64,000 nt of DNA, from positions 14,257 to 78,256 of the forward strand of contig JAZQQU010000023.1 of assembly GCA_045629225.1 (NCBI GenBank), read 5' to 3'. Of this stretch, positions 10,153 to 20,222 are shown piece by piece. The translations under genes and the position numbers were made by a program. Position 1 is the stretch's first letter; every line of letters begins with the position of its first letter. The notes below the pieces were generated by a model that had not been told where the DNA came from, did not search any database, and was given only the letters and a program-made list of their open reading frames with translations. The DNA is from Bacteroidales bacterium. Lineage in GTDB: Bacteria > Bacteroidota > Bacteroidia > Bacteroidales > UBA3663.

Positions 10153-10749
10153 ATGTATTTAGAAAATAACTATTCCACCTTTAGCGAGAAACCAAGTGGA
10201 AGCATTGAGGTAATCTGCGGATCAATGTTCTCGGGCAAGACCGAGGAACTGATTCGTCGCATCAACCGAGTGAAGATTGCCCGTCAGAACATCATGATCT
10301 TCAAACCCACGCTCGACTATCGCTATAGTGCACACGACATAGTTTCGCATAGTCAGAATAGCATCGAAGCTATGCCTGTGCAGGCAGCTCGTGTCATATC
10401 GAATTTAGTCACTGACGAAGTGAAGGTAGTGGCTATAGACGAGGCCCAGTTCTTCGATGACAATCTTGTCGAAGTGGTTCATGAGCTGGCTTCGGCAGGC
10501 AAACGAGTGATTCTGGCAGGCCTTGACATGGACTACCTGGGTCAGCCATTTGGTCCCATGCCAGACCTCATGGCTATTGCCGACGATGTGTATAAGTGTC
10601 GTGCCATCTGTATGCGCTGTGGGCGTTTAGCCAACTTCTCTTATCGCATAGCCGATGCTTCTGAACGTGTCCTCATAGGTGAGAAAGAAGAGTATATGCC
10701 ACTTTGCCGCTCTTGTTACGAAGAACTCATGAAAGGAAAGAAAAAATAA
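10153..10749 (+). CDS. tdk: Thymidine kinase
   Basis: GSMFSGKTEELIRR, IDEAQFF, AGLDMDY, Zn-binding CxxC pairs. Confidence 0.97.
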   Translation: MYLENNYSTFSEKPSGSIEVICGSMFSGKTEELIRRINRVKIARQNIMIFKPTLDYRYSAHDIVSHSQNSIEAMPVQAARVISNLVTDEVKVVAIDEAQFFDDNLVEVVHELASAGKRVILAGLDMDYLGQPFGPMPDLMAIADDVYKCRAICMRCGRLANFSYRIADASERVLIGEKEEYMPLCRSCYEELMKGKKK

Positions 10750-10750
10750 T

Positions 10751-12727
10751 ATGATGAAACACTTGATCGTCTTCCTGAACTATTGCCAGTCTCGAATCCA
10801 GAATCCTGTATATAGACAATTCGCTAACATGTCTCTGGCTTCGCGCAATGCTTCGCTACTCTTCCTGAGCAAATCACTCGAAGAACGTGAATTATTGCAT
10901 GAGGTGAATGAACTGCGTCGTAAGGAAGAGGTAAAGAGTGACGTTTCGTTCCACATCTGCTGCTTGCTCGACCAGGAAGATCGTGGTCGCCAGATCATGC
11001 AGACTCTAACACTTATCCGTAAGTGTTTCCCTTCGAGTCAGGATTTGTCCTATCGTACTTTTGCTTATTGTCAGTTGCCAGACCTCAACCAGTGTTCAAC
11101 GGGTCAGCGCAATGCAGCCTGGAAGAGTCTGGTGAGCATTAATAATGCAGTCAACGACTACATCGATGTTAATCTGCTCAACGCCTGTTTTCTCTACAAT
11201 GATGACTCACAGCAAAGTTTAGCTCAGTTTCTTGTGAATATTACACAACACACCGATTTGTGTCAGCAGTTGTGCAAGCCATTAGTTGAAGGCAGCGATT
11301 TTCCTCCTGTTTTTGCCACTTTCAACGCAACAGGCATCAATTATCCAGACGATGAGGTCCGTTACCACTTACACCAGGCCTATCTGCATGCTCTTCTTTC
11401 ATATAGTCAGGTTGATAACAATCCTGTCGATATGGAGACCTGTAACCAACAAGCTGAGACACTCCTTTCGCTTGTACCGCTGGATAACAGTCGAGTCTGT
11501 TTTCAGGAGGACACCTTCATTGACATTAACTCAGATACATCTCGTCGCTGGGATGTACCATCATCGTATTGGGCTCAGGCCATAGACCTCTCAAGCCAAG
11601 GGTTGGCCGACCTGCCACGCGAGGAGTGGCTCCGTCAGATCAGCAATCGCGTTGAAGTTCTCTTCCAGAGTCGCTTCCGAGACTTGGGTGTGGAGTTTTT
11701 CTTTAACCTTGAGCTGAAGAAAACTACCGACTATGCACATGTGCTTTTTACAGTCATACAGCAAGAATTGGAGCAGACCATGCTGCGTTCTCCATATCCT
11801 CCATCAGTACTCAAAGACATTGTTCATGCTATAGTTAATCGTCTGCAGCAGAAGGTAATTGAGCTAAACCAACTGCATCAGCAGACCGAGACTCGGATTA
11901 GTGCTCTCATGAGCGAACTGAATGGTATGGTCAATCGTTGGAACAGTATGGGTATCTTCGACCGTCTGCGTGGACGCAACACGCAGCTCCTGGAACAATA
12001 TAAGCAACAGTTGCAACACTTGTTCGAACTGCGAACCCTCCTTCCTGGATGTCATTTCGCTACTAAGCTACTCAACGAGCTCATACCACAGGTTGCTGCC
12101 CTTTCAGATGGTAGTGACCGCTTGACGTCAGTCTGTCAGGAGGCTCTTGCCACGTTGCACCGCAATCTTGAGGAAAGCCAACCCGCTTCTCTCTCTGGCA
12201 TCTTCCCTATCGAACCCGTACGTCAGGCTGTCCAGGCCCTCACTCTGGACCGTGAGCATCTCTCACATCAGTATCTGCAGGTAGTCAACATTCTTTATGA
12301 CAAGAGTCGTATACTCGATGGCGAAGACCTGCTGCAACGTTTACGTACAAATTTGTCCGACCACATTGACCACTATCTCACCCATCGCATTCAGGATGGA
12401 ACATTGCCTGCTGTCATCGATGTCACTATTGTTGACAGACTGGCCAGTCTATACAACAACCGTGGCGGTCTTCCTTGTTTTATAGACGAACTGAAACAAT
12501 CAGCCGCCTTCACCCTTCTTTTGAAAGATGAAAGCGGCCAGATTGCAGACCCGTCGGCCACTGATGTCTATCAACTGGTAGCTCCAGAAAATGAGAACTT
12601 AGGTCCGCACATCAAGTCGCGAAATGGGTCGCAGCTTCAGATTCTGCATTTCAGACTTGGACTGAGTCTGCAGGATTTAGATGGCTTCACCGGCAAACGC
12701 ATGTTCGTCGAACCATCGCTTTTCTGA
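10751..12727 (+). CDS. Hypothetical protein; probable degenerate tubulin-like (Tubulin_2-type) domain plus helical/coiled-coil region
   Basis: 658 aa, begins 1 nt after the tdk stop; FHICC, LPD, NACFLY and FATF..INYPDDEV segments recall Tubulin_2 family but the glycine loops are absent. Confidence 0.45.
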   Translation: MMKHLIVFLNYCQSRIQNPVYRQFANMSLASRNASLLFLSKSLEERELLHEVNELRRKEEVKSDVSFHICCLLDQEDRGRQIMQTLTLIRKCFPSSQDLSYRTFAYCQLPDLNQCSTGQRNAAWKSLVSINNAVNDYIDVNLLNACFLYNDDSQQSLAQFLVNITQHTDLCQQLCKPLVEGSDFPPVFATFNATGINYPDDEVRYHLHQAYLHALLSYSQVDNNPVDMETCNQQAETLLSLVPLDNSRVCFQEDTFIDINSDTSRRWDVPSSYWAQAIDLSSQGLADLPREEWLRQISNRVEVLFQSRFRDLGVEFFFNLELKKTTDYAHVLFTVIQQELEQTMLRSPYPPSVLKDIVHAIVNRLQQKVIELNQLHQQTETRISALMSELNGMVNRWNSMGIFDRLRGRNTQLLEQYKQQLQHLFELRTLLPGCHFATKLLNELIPQVAALSDGSDRLTSVCQEALATLHRNLEESQPASLSGIFPIEPVRQAVQALTLDREHLSHQYLQVVNILYDKSRILDGEDLLQRLRTNLSDHIDHYLTHRIQDGTLPAVIDVTIVDRLASLYNNRGGLPCFIDELKQSAAFTLLLKDESGQIADPSATDVYQLVAPENENLGPHIKSRNGSQLQILHFRLGLSLQDLDGFTGKRMFVEPSLF

Positions 12728-13009
12728 TCCATCCATCGTAGCTTGCATAGCTTTTGGGGTAGTTTGTGCTGGAGTATAGGTTCTAGCCAATACTTGCAGT
12801 GCACAAATTGTTTCTGGTCGTGGACTTAAAGACTCCAACGACTCCTCTGTGACAGCAGGCATCATGCTTGCAAACATAAGTGATGAGATTGGTGAAGTAG
12901 TAGAGCTATGCTTCATAGGCAAACAAGATATTATTGGATTGTTATGTTCAATATTATAACGTAAATTCATGCGTTTTATTGTTTGATACATTATATTTTT
13001 TTGAATTCC

Positions 13010-15559
13010 ATGCATTACGCTATCCGAGGAGCAGAAACATTGCCAGCCATACAGATTGCTGACCAGGTGAACCAAGAACTTACCCGTCATGAAGCCTTGG
13101 TCATAACCGCTTCCCCGGGAGCTGGTAAGTCAACTTTGTTGCCTCTCACCATATTGCAGGGACTCGATGCATTATATCCACAGTTAACTTGCAAGATTCT
13201 GATGCTCGAACCCCGTCGTCTTGCTGCTCGTCAGATAGCAGAACGCATGGCGTGGATGCTGGGAGAACCTGTAGGACAAACCGTTGGTTATCGTGTTCGC
13301 TTTGAGAATAAGGTTTCTGCAAGAACTCGCATTGAAGTACTTACCGAAGGCATCCTGACACGTATGCTGATTGAAGATCCCACACTCGAAGGAGTCAATC
13401 TTGTCATATTCGACGAGTTTCACGAACGTAGTTTGAACTCGGATCTCGCCCTAGCTTTGACACGCGAATCTCATAATATCATACGTCCAGACTTACGATT
13501 GGTCATCATGTCTGCCACAATAGATGCCTCAAGTCTCTGTCAGTTGCTTCGTGCCCATCACATTGACTGTCCTGGTCGTATGTATCCAGTCAAGGTGCAA
13601 CACGTATCAGTAGAGCCCCCGATGCAGAACGTGCAGGAAATTGCCGAAGCTGTCTCGCACCAAGTGCGGTTGGCTTTGAAACAGAATGAAGGTGACATTC
13701 TTGCATTTCTCCCAGGCGAAGCTGAGATACGTCGCTGCCAAGAACTACTGCAAGGTGTCTCGCCTTCAGAACAAGATTTAGCTTCAGGCATTACTCAACT
13801 TCAAGTCTTTCCTCTCTATGGACAGTTATCATCGGAACTGCAGCACAAAGCCATTGCTCCTAGCACTTGGCAACAACGCAAAGTAGTGCTTGCCACCCCA
13901 ATTGCCGAGACTTCGCTTACCATCGAAGGTGTTCGTGTAGTGATTGATTCTGGATTGTGTCGAACTCTTGTATTTGACGCCCAACGTGGCCTCAGTCATC
14001 TGCAAACGGTTCGTATAAGTCATGACATGGCCCAACAGCGAAGCGGACGAGCAGGTCGTGTTGCCCCAGGTGTGTGCTATCGTCTTTGGAGCGTCGCCAC
14101 ACATCATAGGCTCTCTTCTTGTCGTCAGCCAGAAATTTTTGAGGCTGATCTGACATCTATGGTACTCGATGTTGCTGCCTGGGGCGAAAGTCAAGTAGAA
14201 CAGATTGCCTGGCTCACACCTCCTCCACCTGCCCATGTGGCGCAGGCAAGGCAGCTTCTGCGTTTGTTGAGCGCTCTTGACAACAATGATTTGATAACCT
14301 CGCATGGTCGTCATCTCGCCTCATTACCATGCCATCCACGTATTGCTCAGATGATGTTGCTGTCTGACTCTTCGATTCACAAGGCACTGGCTTCAGACAT
14401 CGCAGCCTTATTAGAAGAGAAAGATCCTTTGTCTGGTGATGCGCTGGCAGGTATAGATTTGAACGTACGCCTTGACAAGTTACGCCGGATGCGATCACAG
14501 CAAAGATATGCACGTGGATGGGATCGAATTGCACGAATCTCAGAACAATATTGTTCCATGGTTCATGTCAAACCCAACTGCCAATCTATTGAAGCAAATC
14601 AGGTAGGTCGATTATTGGCAGCTGCTTATCCAGAACGCGTAGCTCATGCTCTTCCTCAGAGTGTTGGCGATTACAGATTAGCTAATGGGGAGCAGGTTCA
14701 TATTGATTCAAACGATGTTCTCAACGCTTATGATTGGATAGCCATTGCCTCTCTACATGTGGCCAATGGATGTGTTGGCAGGGTATTTCTGGCTTCACCC
14801 GTATTGCAGGATGACCTTCGTTCTATTGCCTGGTCTCGCGATCATATAGCATGGGACAGTCACCGACTTTGCATCGTAGCACAGCACGAGGAGCGACTAG
14901 GCGGTCTGCTCATTGCGTCTCGACCACTTTCGAATCCTTCGCGCAAAATTATAAATAATGTATTATGCGAGGCTGCACTTCACGATGGACTCAGTATGTT
15001 CGACTTTAATGATTCTGTGCAGAACATGCAGCGCCGAATAGCCACTGTGGCTGAATGGCATCCTGAACTCGACTTACCAGACCTCTCGACCGACACTTTG
15101 CTGCATCGAGCCTATGAATGGCTACCTCTTTATTCTGGACGAGCCACCAGCGCTGACGAACTTCGTCGGATAGACCTCTGCCCTATCCTCTGGGGATTAC
15201 TCGACTACACACAACAACAAGCTGTGGACCGCCTGGCACCCACTCACATTCAAGTACCTACAGGCAGTCGCATTCGTGTGGAATATCGTCAAGGTGCCGA
15301 GCTACCAATTCTTCGCGTTCGACTACAAGAGTGTTTTGGTCTAACTGATACACCTAGGATTGATGACGGACAATGCGCAGTTTTGATGGAACTGCTCTCT
15401 CCGGGCTTCAAGCCAGTACAACTCACGCAGGATTTACGTAGTTTCTGGCAAGTCACCTATTTCGAGGTGCGCAAGGAACTTCGTCGTCGCTATCCCAAAC
15501 ACTCCTGGCCTGACAATCCGCTGCAAGCCCAAGCTGTGCGCGGTATTGCACGTAAATAG
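13010..15559 (+). CDS. hrpB: ATP-dependent RNA helicase HrpB
   Basis: PGAGKST, DEFHER, MSAT, QRSGRAGR, HrpB C-terminus (LLSPGFKPVQLTQDL..FW..RRRYPKHSWP); ATG 13010 preferred over TTG 12983. Confidence 0.95.
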   Translation: MHYAIRGAETLPAIQIADQVNQELTRHEALVITASPGAGKSTLLPLTILQGLDALYPQLTCKILMLEPRRLAARQIAERMAWMLGEPVGQTVGYRVRFENKVSARTRIEVLTEGILTRMLIEDPTLEGVNLVIFDEFHERSLNSDLALALTRESHNIIRPDLRLVIMSATIDASSLCQLLRAHHIDCPGRMYPVKVQHVSVEPPMQNVQEIAEAVSHQVRLALKQNEGDILAFLPGEAEIRRCQELLQGVSPSEQDLASGITQLQVFPLYGQLSSELQHKAIAPSTWQQRKVVLATPIAETSLTIEGVRVVIDSGLCRTLVFDAQRGLSHLQTVRISHDMAQQRSGRAGRVAPGVCYRLWSVATHHRLSSCRQPEIFEADLTSMVLDVAAWGESQVEQIAWLTPPPPAHVAQARQLLRLLSALDNNDLITSHGRHLASLPCHPRIAQMMLLSDSSIHKALASDIAALLEEKDPLSGDALAGIDLNVRLDKLRRMRSQQRYARGWDRIARISEQYCSMVHVKPNCQSIEANQVGRLLAAAYPERVAHALPQSVGDYRLANGEQVHIDSNDVLNAYDWIAIASLHVANGCVGRVFLASPVLQDDLRSIAWSRDHIAWDSHRLCIVAQHEERLGGLLIASRPLSNPSRKIINNVLCEAALHDGLSMFDFNDSVQNMQRRIATVAEWHPELDLPDLSTDTLLHRAYEWLPLYSGRATSADELRRIDLCPILWGLLDYTQQQAVDRLAPTHIQVPTGSRIRVEYRQGAELPILRVRLQECFGLTDTPRIDDGQCAVLMELLSPGFKPVQLTQDLRSFWQVTYFEVRKELRRRYPKHSWPDNPLQAQAVRGIARK

Positions 15560-16009
15560 TTTTACAACTAAAATTTTCAAATTTTGAAAATATGTTTAAT
15601 CCCTAATACTACGTCTTAGGTCTCATATATGTCATTGTACTCTTTATTATACTGTACCACGATTACAAACCGAAGCTTGTAGATGTTGTACATTTGCTTT
15701 CAGTTCCGTTCTCTCATCCATATGCAGATTATCCAAAACTGAAGACTATGCTGATGATTAAATGAGCTATACCTTTATGTCAAGGTTTTAAATTGATGAA
15801 AACATCATTTTATTTGCTCTGTTTTAACCATACTTTGAACATTTTGCTGCCAAATATACACTAAAAATGAATAAAACCATTGTTTGTTGCGATTTTTTTA
15901 GTATCTTTGCACCGTCTATCATTGCAAAATGTTATGGCAACGAACAAATTAATTGTTCAGTTTGAGTTCAAAACAAGTTTTACTATTTCTAATTATTAAT
16001 TTCTACATC

Positions 16010-17335
16010 ATGAAGAAAGTTTATGCTTCAGCATTCTTCTGCCTTTGTGCAGCAGTAATGTGCCTTAATGCCCAGACGCAATTCGTTCTCAGCCCACTTG
16101 AGTGTGATAACTTCGAGCTTAGTCTTTATGCAGAATCTATCTCGGAGAACCAGAACTTCGTAGCTGGTCAAGATCAGAGTTGCTCTTGCCCTGTCATTTG
16201 GAATACCATCACTGGCGATGTGGTTCGACTGACTGACAACGAGATGTTCTATGACGAAGAGTCTCAGACACCATATACAGAGAACTACACTGGAACATTC
16301 CACTCTGTTAACAGCAATGGCCTGGCTGTTGGAGAGTTCGGAGCACCAAGCGATTGCTCTCACGCTATTCTATGTGACATCAATAATCCAGAAGACTACA
16401 TTCTTCTTTATGAGGAGGACAGCGATGCTGGCAACTCAGCATACGCCATTAGTGAGGACGGCAGTACCATAGTAGGTTTCCACTTCGATGCCAACTGGGT
16501 GACCTATGGTTGCGTATGGACTAATGGCGGTCAGACTCGCACAGACCTGCCTTGGCCTACAGCCGAACAATGTGGTTTCGAAATAGACTATGCTTCAGCT
16601 CGTGGCATGTCTGCCGATGGCAGCATCATCATGGGCTATGTGCAAGACTATAATTATGGTTCATGGGTTTTCATTTGCTGGGAACGCCAGTCCGATGGTA
16701 CCTATGTTTGCAACACTGATGCTTGTCAGAAGTATTTTGAGTATGACTACCAGCTCGGCAAGCCTTATATGATGTTTGAACCACACAATATCAGCGGTAA
16801 TGGCGAATGGGTGACTCTCGAGGTTGAGGCTGAGTTCGATCCATGGGATTGGAGTTACACACCATCACAGCGTGCAGCTCGTCTTAACGTCAAGACCAAC
16901 GAATTACAGGTGCTCGATCAGGATGGAAGTGTCTTCGGAATAGCAAATAATGGCACTGCTGTAGGTCGTGTTATGGATGACTCTTGGTCTAATCAGGCTG
17001 TCATTTGGATGACTGGAGATACAGAATTGACATCGCTTGTTGAACTCCTGCCTGATGTAGTAGAACTCAATGATGCATTCGATACAACTCTCTGCAATAT
17101 CACTTCAGATGCATCGACTGTCACTGGTGTATGTATCAACGCTCTTGACGTAGAGCCTTACTATGCACAACAGTCGTTTATAGCTACATTGCCAGGTGGT
17201 CATGACAACCCTGTTGCAATCTCTCAACTCGAAAGCTCAGTAAATCGAGAAGTAGCTTATGACCTGCAGGGTCGTCGCACCTTCAACACCCGTGGACACC
17301 TCACCATCATCGATGGCAGAAAGATGATCAAGTAA
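16010..17335 (+). CDS. Secreted acidic beta-propeller-like protein with T9SS-like C-terminal tail
   Basis: Signal peptide from ATG 16010; repeated aISxDGsxivG blades; C-terminal YDLQGRR...IIDGRKMIK; TATCTTTGCA promoter near 15902. Confidence 0.7.
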   Translation: MKKVYASAFFCLCAAVMCLNAQTQFVLSPLECDNFELSLYAESISENQNFVAGQDQSCSCPVIWNTITGDVVRLTDNEMFYDEESQTPYTENYTGTFHSVNSNGLAVGEFGAPSDCSHAILCDINNPEDYILLYEEDSDAGNSAYAISEDGSTIVGFHFDANWVTYGCVWTNGGQTRTDLPWPTAEQCGFEIDYASARGMSADGSIIMGYVQDYNYGSWVFICWERQSDGTYVCNTDACQKYFEYDYQLGKPYMMFEPHNISGNGEWVTLEVEAEFDPWDWSYTPSQRAARLNVKTNELQVLDQDGSVFGIANNGTAVGRVMDDSWSNQAVIWMTGDTELTSLVELLPDVVELNDAFDTTLCNITSDASTVTGVCINALDVEPYYAQQSFIATLPGGHDNPVAISQLESSVNREVAYDLQGRRTFNTRGHLTIIDGRKMIK

Positions 17336-17363
17336 CGGGTAGAGTCTGTACAATTCTGATAAT

Positions 17364-18263
17364 ATGTTCCAACGTCCACTCTGGGTCACCCTGTTTGCCC
17401 TTATAGCCGCTGTGGCCTGGGGCTGGGCCTATCCGCTTATCAAATTAGGGTTTGAAGCCTTCCTTATTACACCGGACATGACAGGCAGCAAGATGCTCTT
17501 TGCTGGCATCCGCTTCTGCATGTCCGGAGTCATTATCTTGACTGTAGCGGCTCTATCCCATCGCTCTTTTAAAGTGAAGCGAACAAAAGACTGGTGGTTT
17601 GTTCTTCTCTTCTCGCTGGTAAACACTACATTGCATTATGCCTTTTTTTATCTAGGTCTCTCGCACAGCGAAGGCTCACGTGCAGCTATTCTCAATTCGC
17701 TAAGTGTATTCTCGGTGGTCATTCTTGCTTGCATCTTCTTCAAGAGCGATCGAATGAACCTTAACAAGGTCATTGGCTGCCTCTTCGGCTTTGCAGGCAT
17801 CCTGGCTCTCAACCTTCGTTCCTCATCAGCTGATGCTCAGTTCTCATGGATGGGCGATGGTATGATCATACTTAATGCACTCTGCAGCGCAGCTGCTTCT
17901 TTGCTCACCCGCGGTCTGAGCCAACGTGTCGATGTGTTTGTGGGAACCGGGTACAGTTTAGGCTTTGGAGGTGCATTACTTATATTGCCAGGGCTCTGCA
18001 TGGGTGGCACCTTGCCACAGGTCACATTTTGGGGTCTTATTATCCTACTCCTTCTTATCCTGATTTCCACACTCGGTTTCAGCCTGTACAACAAGCTAAT
18101 CAGCTGTAATCCTGTGGGCAAAGTAGCCATTTACAATTCGCTGATTCCTGTAGTTGGTGCTGTCACATCATGCATCTGCCTCCACGAAGCCTTTCAGTGG
18201 AAATATGTGCTGGCCGGAGCTCTCGCTGCCATTGGCATATACATTATCAATAAAAGTAAGTAA
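17364..18263 (+). CDS. DMT/EamA family transporter
   Basis: About 10 TM helices, WGWAYPLIK start, two EamA halves. Confidence 0.9.
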   Translation: MFQRPLWVTLFALIAAVAWGWAYPLIKLGFEAFLITPDMTGSKMLFAGIRFCMSGVIILTVAALSHRSFKVKRTKDWWFVLLFSLVNTTLHYAFFYLGLSHSEGSRAAILNSLSVFSVVILACIFFKSDRMNLNKVIGCLFGFAGILALNLRSSSADAQFSWMGDGMIILNALCSAAASLLTRGLSQRVDVFVGTGYSLGFGGALLILPGLCMGGTLPQVTFWGLIILLLLILISTLGFSLYNKLISCNPVGKVAIYNSLIPVVGAVTSCICLHEAFQWKYVLAGALAAIGIYIINKSK

Positions 18264-18268
18264 TCTTC

Positions 18269-18754
18269 ATGAGCAAGCCCATTCTTAAAGATCTTCGAAC
18301 AACCTACCGTGTTCTTTCGCGTCTTGACTGTGATGTGCCTCAAGCACTTCTTGTAACCTTGGCCAACAAGATCAAAGCCGAAGAGCAGTCACGAAAGTGT
18401 CGTAAGATAGCAAGTATGACAGAAGAGGATCTCATACGTTATCAAGCAGTCACTCATCGTAGGCTTCGCATCAACTTGCCCGACGGCCGCATTGTGCAAG
18501 AGAAGACCAACGAAGCAACTTTCTACTCAGCCTTGCGTGAGATAGATTTCCATTCGATATTATCACTACAGCTTACGCGACGCGGCACTCCACTCTTTGT
18601 GGGATTTGCCAAACCTCGCCAATTGCTTGTAGGGCACAAAATGCTTCATCCAGGATGTTTCGTTCTCCGCAATATCAAGTCTGATGAACGACTTAAACTA
18701 CTTCGGTATCTCGATTATACTTTACAACTTGGCTGGGACATTGTGTTGATGTAA
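18269..18754 (+). CDS. Hypothetical basic protein, possibly DNA-binding
   Basis: 161-aa ORF 5 nt after the EamA gene, followed by a terminator; LRINLPDGRIVQEK-type domain. Confidence 0.55.
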   Translation: MSKPILKDLRTTYRVLSRLDCDVPQALLVTLANKIKAEEQSRKCRKIASMTEEDLIRYQAVTHRRLRINLPDGRIVQEKTNEATFYSALREIDFHSILSLQLTRRGTPLFVGFAKPRQLLVGHKMLHPGCFVLRNIKSDERLKLLRYLDYTLQLGWDIVLM

Positions 18755-18797
18755 GTAAATTTGCAAAATACTGCGTTATATTACCAGATATAAATTT

Positions 18798-18846
18798 GAG
18801 GCGTCTGTTTTCTTGTCAGCATTTAAGTCAAGAAAACAGACGCCTC
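18798..18846. terminator. Bidirectional terminator-like inverted repeat
   Basis: Perfect 18-bp arms GAGGCGTCTGTTTTCTTG / CAAGAAAACAGACGCCTC between convergent genes. Confidence 0.75.
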
Positions 18847-18883
18847 GAAAGTTCGCCTAAGAAATAACCCGAAAGTTTTTGTA

Positions 18884-19555
18884 TCACTTACCTTTCTTAA
18901 TGCGTTGCACCATATTGTTGAATGTATCTTTGGTGGGTCGTTGGAATGGTATGGTCAGTTGAATTACATCATTGGGAGTTGTGGCTTTGATAGAGATAAA
19001 GTCTATGTTAGCGTTCTGGAGGCGTTTGAGAATGTACTTGTGGCGTGACTTGCTGCTGCTGCTAAGCTTCTGTGTAGAGCTCCAGAGCTGCTCGATTGGG
19101 AACATTATGTATGTGCGATAATCACCATTGTCACGATCGTAGGTGACGTGAATCAACTGACGCCACTCTCCTGTAGACCAATCGTGTATGGTGGAGGGGT
19201 CAAAATACAAACGCTCGCCTCCTGTCAGTTCAAGAGATAGTGATATCTCAGTGCTAGGTGTGTTCTTGAGCTCTTTGAGCACAGCCAAAGCCTCGTTTTT
19301 GATATTGACCGAAGTTGGATTGTCTGGATTCATGAGAAATTCGAAAAGAAGGGTACCCTCCTTCTTGCCACCACGATAGGGAGTGAAGACATAGGAACAG
19401 AAGACGGGTTCGCGCTCGTTGGTGATATTGAGGTTTGCCGTGCGACAGGATTTGGTCTTGGGACCATTGTCGAAGATCTGGAACTGCTCAGTGAAAGCCA
19501 TCGAAACACCCGCATAAGCCATGATCAGCAGAAAGGCAAAGATTAGTTTCTTCAT
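18884..19555 (-). CDS. Hypothetical exported protein
   Basis: MKKLIFAFLLIMAYAGVSMA signal peptide; 3 nt downstream of nrdG. Confidence 0.7.
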   Translation of the reverse strand: MKKLIFAFLLIMAYAGVSMAFTEQFQIFDNGPKTKSCRTANLNITNEREPVFCSYVFTPYRGGKKEGTLLFEFLMNPDNPTSVNIKNEALAVLKELKNTPSTEISLSLELTGGERLYFDPSTIHDWSTGEWRQLIHVTYDRDNGDYRTYIMFPIEQLWSSTQKLSSSSKSRHKYILKRLQNANIDFISIKATTPNDVIQLTIPFQRPTKDTFNNMVQRIKKGK

Positions 19556-19558
19556 AAA

Positions 19559-20071
19559 TCAAAATGTTGGATAAGGGTTGTATTCGTATATTACAACGCG
19601 TCTTGCTGCAAGCGAGCGCTGCACGTCGACAAGACGTTGATTGTCCGAACCACGAAATAAGAGATCGAGGCTCTTGCGATTTTCCTCGAAAGGGCCATCG
19701 ACAAGAACTTCTAGCCAAGGTAGCATTTGGTTCATAACTGGATCGGCGAGTACCTGATCGAAGGTGAAACCCGTGTAGCACCAAATGGTACGATGAAGCT
19801 CGCATACAATGCGACGGGCGAGCTCAGTGAATGCTTCGGCCTGGAACATGGGGTCTCCGCCACTAAAGGTGATGTTACCTTCGGTCTTCGACAATTTAGC
19901 CAAAATATCGTCAATACTGACTGACTCGCCAGCTTGAAAGGACCATGTCTCTGGATTATGACAGCCTGGGCATGCATGCCTGCATCCCGCACAATAAACA
20001 CTGGTGCGCCACCCTGGTCCATCGACTGTAGTATCGACCACTATGCGCATCAATTGGATATTCATAGCCAT
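19559..20071 (-). CDS. nrdG: Anaerobic ribonucleoside-triphosphate reductase activating protein
   Basis: DGPGWR, CxxxCxxC (CRHACPGC)HNP, SGGDP, LVDGPF, RGSDNQR. Confidence 0.93.
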   Translation of the reverse strand: MAMNIQLMRIVVDTTVDGPGWRTSVYCAGCRHACPGCHNPETWSFQAGESVSIDDILAKLSKTEGNITFSGGDPMFQAEAFTELARRIVCELHRTIWCYTGFTFDQVLADPVMNQMLPWLEVLVDGPFEENRKSLDLLFRGSDNQRLVDVQRSLAARRVVIYEYNPYPTF

Positions 20072-20222
20072 GTTTTTGGGTTCATTTTGCTTGCAAAGAT
20101 AAGCATTCTTTGCCTATTCTGTACATTTTGAGGCAAAATTTTCGGTTTTTCATCTGTTTTTTTCAATATTTGAGTAAAAATGCGTATATTCGCACAACTT
20201 TTTACGCTAAAAACAACATACA

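Noticed and set aside
12677-13090. 137-aa minus-strand ORF between the tubulin-like gene and hrpB
   Set aside because: Overlaps both flanking genes and has no recognisable motif
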